A stretch of DNA of 64,000 nucleotides from a virus. Its lineage: Duplodnaviria; Caudoviricetes. This document shows, in pieces, positions 57,738-64,000 of this stretch. The notes below the pieces were generated by a model. That model ran no database searches. It worked only from the letters and a program-made list of their open reading frames with translations, and was not told the DNA's origin. The translations under genes and the position numbers were made by a program. Numbering within the stretch: position 1 is the first letter of the stretch; each line of letters starts with the position of its first letter. The DNA lies in IMG/VR virus record IMGVR_UViG_2616644925_000001, positions 28,537 to 92,536 of that record. One strand, 5' to 3'.

Positions 57738-58322
57738 TTAGAAGACTGCCGGTGGTGCAGGCCAGGCAGATTCTGGCACGCTGCCGATATCTGTTTCTTT
57801 CAGCTGCCGGATGTAGTTCATCCACTCCACCAGCTGCTTCTTGTCAGTGTCCGGCAGCATGCCAAGAGCCAGTTCCGCCTGCCAGTCGCTGATGTAGGCC
57901 CGCGCTTTTGCCAGTAGGGAATTTCTGGTGCGCTCCGCCATTTCCTGCAGCTCTGCGGCGGTATGCTCATACGCCTGTATTTTACCGTTATGGTAAATCC
58001 ACCCGCCTGATCTATCCATGCCATCAGGAATATCGGAGGCGTCCACCTCTGCCACCCAGCAGTTGATTGGCCACAGCTTTGAAACATCCATGTCAAAGCT
58101 GACAATCCGGCCTGCTTCGTCATAGACAATCTTCATCGTATCTGGCGAAAACCGTGGTTGAGATTCATACCAGTCCTGGCCGCTTTTGCATCGGACGAAA
58201 ATGATATTCATTTCAGTTAACGACTTTAACTTAGCAGCCAGTTCTAATTCCTCTTCAGATGAGGATTCCGTAACTACCGGAATATCTGGCGTATATACTT
58301 CAAAAGGTCCAAAATTTAACAT
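57738..58322 (-). CDS. Tail fibre assembly chaperone (Tfa/U-like)
   Basis: GQDWYE.Q..F...T.KIVYD, D.S.LWP, W..YI..L...WPAPP; start at MLNFG. Confidence 0.85.
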   Translation of the reverse strand: MLNFGPFEVYTPDIPVVTESSSEEELELAAKLKSLTEMNIIFVRCKSGQDWYESQPRFSPDTMKIVYDEAGRIVSFDMDVSKLWPINCWVAEVDASDIPDGMDRSGGWIYHNGKIQAYEHTAAELQEMAERTRNSLLAKARAYISDWQAELALGMLPDTDKKQLVEWMNYIRQLKETDIGSVPESAWPAPPAVF

Positions 58323-58330
58323 GTTATTCC

Positions 58331-61300
58331 TTACGCAAAGCCTGCCGTATACCAGCCGCCGTTGATACAGTACTGAACGCATCGCGCAGTCACGACATCT
58401 ATATATTGATCCTGGTTGTCGTTTCTGGCAGACGTTAAAACGTAGCCACTCTCTTCAGTAATACCCGGTCCGTTCCAGGACCCAGCTTGTTTAAAACCGG
58501 CAAATCTGACGCCCGTTACAAATCTTCCAATTATAAAATTATAGAGGTATCCACCCCATAGCGGACCCGATAAATTTCCGTCCGGATGTATAACAACCTG
58601 TCCATTACCAGAGCGAAAATAGTTCTGAGCAATAACATCGCCACCTGAACTGATGTTTGCGTTTACAGTTAGGTTGCCACCTATACCCACACTATGGCCC
58701 ATATTAACGTTGCCAGTAGTGCCGCTAAAACTAAACGGTCTGAGATTGTTATAACCGCCATCGGGATCGTTCTGGTTTGTGACCATCAAGTAATAGTTTG
58801 CGCCATCGAACCTGTGGATCATACCGATGCCGCTACCGCCAGGTGGGCGGATACGCAAGCCGTTTGCATCTTCGGTGACAAATCGTCCGTAAGCGTAAAT
58901 CTGATTAGGACTAAAGCGTGCGGTCAGCGCATTATTCGCATAAAAATCAAGAAGACCATCATTAGGGCAAACAAATCCCGTATCATTATCTCCTATATTG
59001 ATTGAAGCACTGGAGCTAGCAAAAACTCCTGTACCTTCGTTGCCAATACTTATACGGGTAGATGTAAATAATTTCCCCCTCGCATAAATGGCGTCATCAA
59101 AGTGTGCATCTTTATCAACGATTAACTGCCCTATAATATGCGATTTCGCATTAACATTCAGAAGACCGGCAAGAATATTCATGGTTGCCTGACCAGATAT
59201 GGTTGCATTAGTCGGATCAACCAGAATGCGTGCATCAAAGTCATTCATCTGTGAAACTGATGAGTTGAAGTCAATATATGGGTTCTGTGAAATAAGACTG
59301 ACCTGTCCTCTAAACTCTGCCGCATTACTAGCTCGTAATATATCGCTAACTTCCAATCCGCCTTTTACCGCTAAGGTTATATAACTGGCCGGAAGAGTTG
59401 TATCCACACCACCAATGATGGTCTGTCCGCGAATATAGTTTGGCGCGGTTCCCTGCATAAACAGGTTCCAGCGGCTTAATCCACTGCGTGCTGCCTGACG
59501 GCCTTCAAAAGCATAGGCTGTTGCAATACTGGTACTCGTTTTGTCATAAGAACGGAATGAGGATAAAAGCGCGACTGCAGCATTGGTGTTTACAATGCTG
59601 CTATTACCCCAAAACTCTACCAGGTCAGCCACAGTCTGCCCGGTGGAACCATCACCTACGGACAGTTCCACTCCGAAGCCAACACCGAGAGTCTTTGCCT
59701 CTGCGCCAATGTTTGCATAAGCCATTGCTGCAATCTGCGTCGAACCCGACATATTGCCTTTGCCGGGTGCGGAGTTTCCGATTGTCAGCATACGGCTTGT
59801 GCTGTCACTGCCGCCGCCAAGTGCAAGGTGGCCTTTGTCGCTGAAAAGCGCGATATTCTGGTTCCACGTTACACCGTTATTCCGGCTATCCACATCGAGA
59901 CGCAGGCTGCTACCCTCGCCTCTCAGGCGGAAGCCCGCTGCTTCTGCGTCGCGATCGATAAAGGTGACTGTAGGCGCAAAGCTGTTAACTGTGATCCCCT
60001 GAGTGCCGTCACTGCTGCTGCCTGTTACCACCAGCGCGGCATTAGTCAGATCGCCTACTGCGGTTGCGCCTTTTGCCAGCACGTTTACCGGGCCGGTAAA
60101 GTCAGCGCCCCTGTTTACCGTAAGGTTGCCGCCGACAACCGCATTGTTCAGGAGATTCATTGTCGAAACATTGGTTTCGCCGGTACCGTCGCCTGACAGG
60201 GTGAGCCATGTACTCGTGATTGAGTTACCCCAGGTCACGGCATCGTTGCTGTCCCTAGACTGGCCGAAATACCAGTGCAGCGTGTCATCTGACTTTTTGC
60301 CGCGCAGATAGTAGGCTTTGTCTTTGGAGGCTGGCCGCAGTTGTAACGTAGCAACGTCTGAGGTAAAGGATCCCGCACCATCAGAAGTCAAGCCACCACC
60401 ACCGATGATAGCCAGTCCGCCAGCCCCCTGCAGTGTGGCTAAGCCGTCTCCGCCGTTCAGAGCGAGACGTGCGGTAATGACGCCGGTTGACGAGCGCGCA
60501 TCTACCACAATTTTTCCGCCACCGTGGGTCATGTTTGTAGTGGTAATGCCACCGAGAATCCTGCCGCTCCAGGCATCACCACTTAATGCCGCAACCCGGC
60601 CAACAATCTGCATCACGTCCGTTTCATACGTCGGCGGCTTATCACCCAACTGATCGGTCCGTAAAAACGTCATCGACGGAACTGAAGGTTCAGAACGAAT
60701 CACTCCAATACGATATCCGGCACTGATTTGAGAGCCAACTTCCAGATTTTTTGAGACTGTCAGTTTTGGCGTATTGATGCTTGATAGCTGGCTGGTGCTG
60801 GTAATGTCGTTGTTATCGCCCGCCTTTGCCGCGCCCGCCCTGACCAGATCGGCCAATGTCATGCTGGCGCTGTCCATCACCTTACGCCAGCCGTTTTTGT
60901 CCGCGCCAGCTGACAGCCCGGACCACACCCAGGCGCCTGAAACTTTGCCCGCCGAGCGCCAGTACAACATGCCACCCTGTGCAACCAGCAGCTGCAGCAG
61001 CGAAGCGTCAGCGTCATACTTTCGGCGCATGTTAAACAGCTGACCGCTCAGCGTCTGCGTGGTTTTACCGAGATCAACCGGGCCATCGTTAAAGGTGCCA
61101 CTCAGCGTCCAGAAAGCATTCTGTTCCGTCACTGATACGTCGGCCAGCGAGGTGATTTTGCTGTCCAGAACAAGAGACGGCGCGCCTACACCAAATGCAC
61201 CCACGGCCATGAGCGCACCCGGCGTCATATCCAGCGGGTTTGTCTGCTGATCCGCCTGTGCAGCGGTACCGAGGCCGAGGTGTTTACGCGCCTCCGGCAC

Positions 61301-62047
61301 GTCTGGCAGATCAGCCAGATTTTCACTGGCGACCAGCTGCTTCTCATTGACCAGCTGATCCAGCTCGATGTTTTCCCGGAACATCGCTTTGTCGTGAATA
61401 TCCGAGCCGTTATTGGCAATGACCATGTTGTTATCGATCATACCTTTGAGGATTTTCAGCCCCTTAAGGTTGGCCGCAATCAGCTCATCATCGCTGGTGT
61501 AGATCGAATCCAGCGTAATACCGACCTGCCGGTTGATGCGGTAGTTAGTGACGATCATCGCCTGAGTAACCTGCGTGGTGCCGGTTGGCACCAGTACGCG
61601 GCAGAGCTCCAGCTGGTTCGGCTTCAGCGCAACAGAGATATCCTGCGCAAATACGCGTGCGGCCTCAACCGTTGAGGTGATATCAACCTGGTCAGTCTTA
61701 ACGCCCAGTTTGTAGTTTGCCTCCAGCACAATGCGGGTAGTTTTGCCCGCCATGACTGGCAGTATCAGATCGGCCAGGTGCTGAACGGTGATCTGATGCG
61801 CGTTCACATCGATCGAGGCCGCACCCTGCCCGCCTTCTGCCCCTTTCGAAGTAACGACAACATTTAGCCCGGAACCGGCGACCGGCGAGAAGCCGAGGTA
61901 AAAGCCGGATCGCACTATGCCTTTCAGTTTTCGGTTCAACGCGGAACTGGTGTAGGTCTCCAGATACTGCATATCGGCCGACAATGGCGCAGTGCCGTAA
62001 GCCTTCCCCGCCATAACGCCGATATCGGTAATTTCATTACTGCTCAT
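58331..62047 (-). CDS. Tail fibre protein (S-like)
   Basis: P1 S-like N-terminus (ADMQY.E.Y.SSALNRK.KG), AR.HLGLG, IGDNDTG, C-terminal QY.ING.W. Confidence 0.88.
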   Translation of the reverse strand: MSSNEITDIGVMAGKAYGTAPLSADMQYLETYTSSALNRKLKGIVRSGFYLGFSPVAGSGLNVVVTSKGAEGGQGAASIDVNAHQITVQHLADLILPVMAGKTTRIVLEANYKLGVKTDQVDITSTVEAARVFAQDISVALKPNQLELCRVLVPTGTTQVTQAMIVTNYRINRQVGITLDSIYTSDDELIAANLKGLKILKGMIDNNMVIANNGSDIHDKAMFRENIELDQLVNEKQLVASENLADLPDVPEARKHLGLGTAAQADQQTNPLDMTPGALMAVGAFGVGAPSLVLDSKITSLADVSVTEQNAFWTLSGTFNDGPVDLGKTTQTLSGQLFNMRRKYDADASLLQLLVAQGGMLYWRSAGKVSGAWVWSGLSAGADKNGWRKVMDSASMTLADLVRAGAAKAGDNNDITSTSQLSSINTPKLTVSKNLEVGSQISAGYRIGVIRSEPSVPSMTFLRTDQLGDKPPTYETDVMQIVGRVAALSGDAWSGRILGGITTTNMTHGGGKIVVDARSSTGVITARLALNGGDGLATLQGAGGLAIIGGGGLTSDGAGSFTSDVATLQLRPASKDKAYYLRGKKSDDTLHWYFGQSRDSNDAVTWGNSITSTWLTLSGDGTGETNVSTMNLLNNAVVGGNLTVNRGADFTGPVNVLAKGATAVGDLTNAALVVTGSSSDGTQGITVNSFAPTVTFIDRDAEAAGFRLRGEGSSLRLDVDSRNNGVTWNQNIALFSDKGHLALGGGSDSTSRMLTIGNSAPGKGNMSGSTQIAAMAYANIGAEAKTLGVGFGVELSVGDGSTGQTVADLVEFWGNSSIVNTNAAVALLSSFRSYDKTSTSIATAYAFEGRQAARSGLSRWNLFMQGTAPNYIRGQTIIGGVDTTLPASYITLAVKGGLEVSDILRASNAAEFRGQVSLISQNPYIDFNSSVSQMNDFDARILVDPTNATISGQATMNILAGLLNVNAKSHIIGQLIVDKDAHFDDAIYARGKLFTSTRISIGNEGTGVFASSSASINIGDNDTGFVCPNDGLLDFYANNALTARFSPNQIYAYGRFVTEDANGLRIRPPGGSGIGMIHRFDGANYYLMVTNQNDPDGGYNNLRPFSFSGTTGNVNMGHSVGIGGNLTVNANISSGGDVIAQNYFRSGNGQVVIHPDGNLSGPLWGGYLYNFIIGRFVTGVRFAGFKQAGSWNGPGITEESGYVLTSARNDNQDQYIDVVTARCVQYCINGGWYTAGFA

Positions 62048-62052
62048 GTGCG

Positions 62053-62496
62053 TTACGCCGTTTTCTGTTCGATGGTGACGATAAGGCGGTAGGCCTTACC
62101 ACGGAATACGGTGTCTTGCTGCAGGCACAGCACGGCAAAGGCGTTGCCGTCAGCGTCTACCAGCGTCAGCGTATTGAGGTCATAGGCTTTGCCTTCCGGA
62201 AGAATGGCTTCATCCAGCTGAATGGTGATCGAGATATCTGCGCCGGTGCTGGTGAGAACCAGAGGCGTTTCAGTGAATTTACCGGTCAGGTTGTCGTTAC
62301 TGAACGTGGAAGGAATATCAGCGATGTTCCAGCCGCCAGCAGCATTACTGCTAACCAGCGTGGACTTGCCCCAGTAGGCTTTCACCATCTGAAATCGGGA
62401 TCCCTTGCCGATGGAGGATTCGGCTCGACGGATGTAGTAATAATCCAGCAGCTTCGCTTTAAACAGCTTGCTGCTGACAGAGATAGTATCAGCCAT
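62053..62496 (-). CDS. Tail fibre-associated gpR-like protein
   Basis: LLDYYY.RRAESSI; gp16-R-S order. Confidence 0.75.
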   Translation of the reverse strand: MADTISVSSKLFKAKLLDYYYIRRAESSIGKGSRFQMVKAYWGKSTLVSSNAAGGWNIADIPSTFSNDNLTGKFTETPLVLTSTGADISITIQLDEAILPEGKAYDLNTLTLVDADGNAFAVLCLQQDTVFRGKAYRLIVTIEQKTA

Positions 62497-62525
62497 AAAA
62501 AAGCCTCTCAGAGATAAGAGGCCAG

Positions 62526-62546
62526 AGGGTATGGAGTTTGTAAAAT
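62526..62546 (-). promoter_or_regulatory. Putative late promoter (R-S operon)
   Basis: ATTTTACAAACTCCATACCCT. Confidence 0.65.
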
Positions 62547-62557
62547 CCGATGGTCAA

Positions 62558-63649
62558 CTACGCGACAAATTGCTCATAAAAAAGCGTAGAGATCGTGCTG
62601 GTGCCATTGCCGTCGTCGGGCAGTGCCAGGACAAACTCCGGCGTCCCATCAAAGGGAAATGCCATTGTCACACTACTGCCGTCCGTACCGGTTGCTGTGA
62701 CGCCCTGGCTATCGCCCTTCAGAATACCAATGTACTGCACACCATCTTCAGTGAATAATCGGGCGCGACTGTCTGTGCCTGCGCTGGCTATATCAATCGG
62801 TGCTGGCGCTGCGTCCGGCCTGGCTCGGTAGTCATTCGTCCAGGCATCAGCGGCAAACATATCATAGCGTTCGCAGCGCCTTACCTGCCGCAGCGGCACT
62901 GAGGGAATATCAAACTGCTGCTGTGTGGCCATGTGCAGATTTTTGATCTCAGACTGGAGATCCGCGTATGACAATTTAGCCTGATAGTCGATACCGGCGC
63001 TCATGAGCGTGATGCTCTCAGCGTCGGCGCTCAGCTCAAACGAGATAAAGAGCGCTAAGCCGTCAAACACGATGTGAAGCGGTAGCAGCGGCGCAATGAT
63101 CCGGTCAAACTGTGTCAGCAGCTTCTGTACGGCTAAATCCTGCTCCATATAGCCATACCGCTCATAAAGCTCATTCAGCGCCACCGAGATTTGCGCCCGT
63201 GACGTCAGGAAGAACTCGCCATACTTCTCTTCTGCAATCGCCAGACCTTCTTTTGTGGTAAAGAAAGTTCCATAGGGTGCCAGATCCTGATCCACCGGCG
63301 CATACAGTTCCTGCCAGCTGACCGGCAGGTTATCGAACTCGCGCCAAAACGTTGAAGTGATCGGCTTATCGGTGCCTTTAAAATGCACTTCGTCCAGGCG
63401 CTGCGCCAGCAGCACAGGCCTGCTGGTGTCCGTGGTTTCCGCCACGATGAAGAAGCGGCCATATTCGCTCATGCGCAGCGTCAGATCGTCCTTGTCCATC
63501 GTGTAGTAGCTTTTGCGGTTGGTAATACGCTCCAGAATCGGCTCTACCGTGTCCTCAAAAATATTCTGCAGCGCGTTAGCAAACCCCGACCACAACTCAG
63601 AGCCTTGCTTTTCCTTTGTGAGACGGTCTTTCACCCAGTTTCTGATCAT
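62558..63649 (-). CDS. Baseplate/tail protein gp16-like
   Basis: LERITNRKS, QRLDE.HFKGT..PI, FFLTSR, PLLPLHIVFDG. Confidence 0.75.
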   Translation of the reverse strand: MIRNWVKDRLTKEKQGSELWSGFANALQNIFEDTVEPILERITNRKSYYTMDKDDLTLRMSEYGRFFIVAETTDTSRPVLLAQRLDEVHFKGTDKPITSTFWREFDNLPVSWQELYAPVDQDLAPYGTFFTTKEGLAIAEEKYGEFFLTSRAQISVALNELYERYGYMEQDLAVQKLLTQFDRIIAPLLPLHIVFDGLALFISFELSADAESITLMSAGIDYQAKLSYADLQSEIKNLHMATQQQFDIPSVPLRQVRRCERYDMFAADAWTNDYRARPDAAPAPIDIASAGTDSRARLFTEDGVQYIGILKGDSQGVTATGTDGSSVTMAFPFDGTPEFVLALPDDGNGTSTISTLFYEQFVA

Positions 63650-63658
63650 CGCCGTGCC

Positions 63659-64000
63659 TTACAGGTAGTTGATATCAAACGTGGAGTTAGCCACATCAAG
63701 ATAGATAAAATCATTCAGCTGCAGAGCCGTTTTCATATCGTGGGGGGTCAGTTCATAGGAGATAAACAGGTTCAACTCTTCAATTACGCGCCACAGGTCT
63801 TTCACCTGCACCTGTGAGAAGTGCTTACCGGCTGCAACGCCGTTCTGATCGCTGTCACCAAACGTTGTGGCATCGCGTCCAAAACGAGCCTCCAGCGCCT
63901 CCTGAACGGCTTTCTTAGCGTCTGACAGAATGACGTTCTTCTTCGCCAGTGCGGTTAGTGAGATCGTAAATGGCTCCTCCTGTGTCGGGACGTAGCGGAA
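63659..64000 (-). CDS. bplA: Baseplate protein BplA-like, C-terminal part (partial)
   Basis: Open frame FRYVPTQEEPF...FIYLDVANSTFDINYL*; P1 order bplA-16-R-S. Confidence 0.6.
   Translation of the reverse strand, partial: FRYVPTQEEPFTISLTALAKKNVILSDAKKAVQEALEARFGRDATTFGDSDQNGVAAGKHFSQVQVKDLWRVIEELNLFISYELTPHDMKTALQLNDFIYLDVANSTFDINYL

Overview
About 64 kb of a P1/D6-like temperate phage-plasmid, probably from Pantoea or a related Erwiniaceae host (inferred from a Cre-family recombinase whose target site is almost identical to the Panto 'pox' site). The backbone is recognisable: ref (partial), an iteron-type RepA replicon, two Pol V (umuDC-like) operons, cre with a lox-like site, c1, pacB/pacA with a GATC-rich pac site, ParM/ParR, lpa, pdcB, lxr, lxc/ulx/darB, prt, pro, repL, endolysin, a broken ddrB, darA, hdf, lydA/B and tail/baseplate genes. 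Accessory cargo includes HigBA and PemK-like TA pairs, three low-GC defence-like genes, an acyltransferase-3 and a dUTPase. The strongest unexplained signal is a ~2.1 kb non-coding array (31.1-33.2 kb, minus strand) of tRNA-shaped RNA scaffolds with variable inserts in place of the anticodon arm, interleaved with long conserved closing stems. Other highlights are three Tad2/DUF2829-like genes (one under C4 antisense control), a TimP/TimR-like type I TA, and phage-specific late-promoter and repressor-operator motifs. All homology calls are from recalled sequences and motifs; no searches were run.
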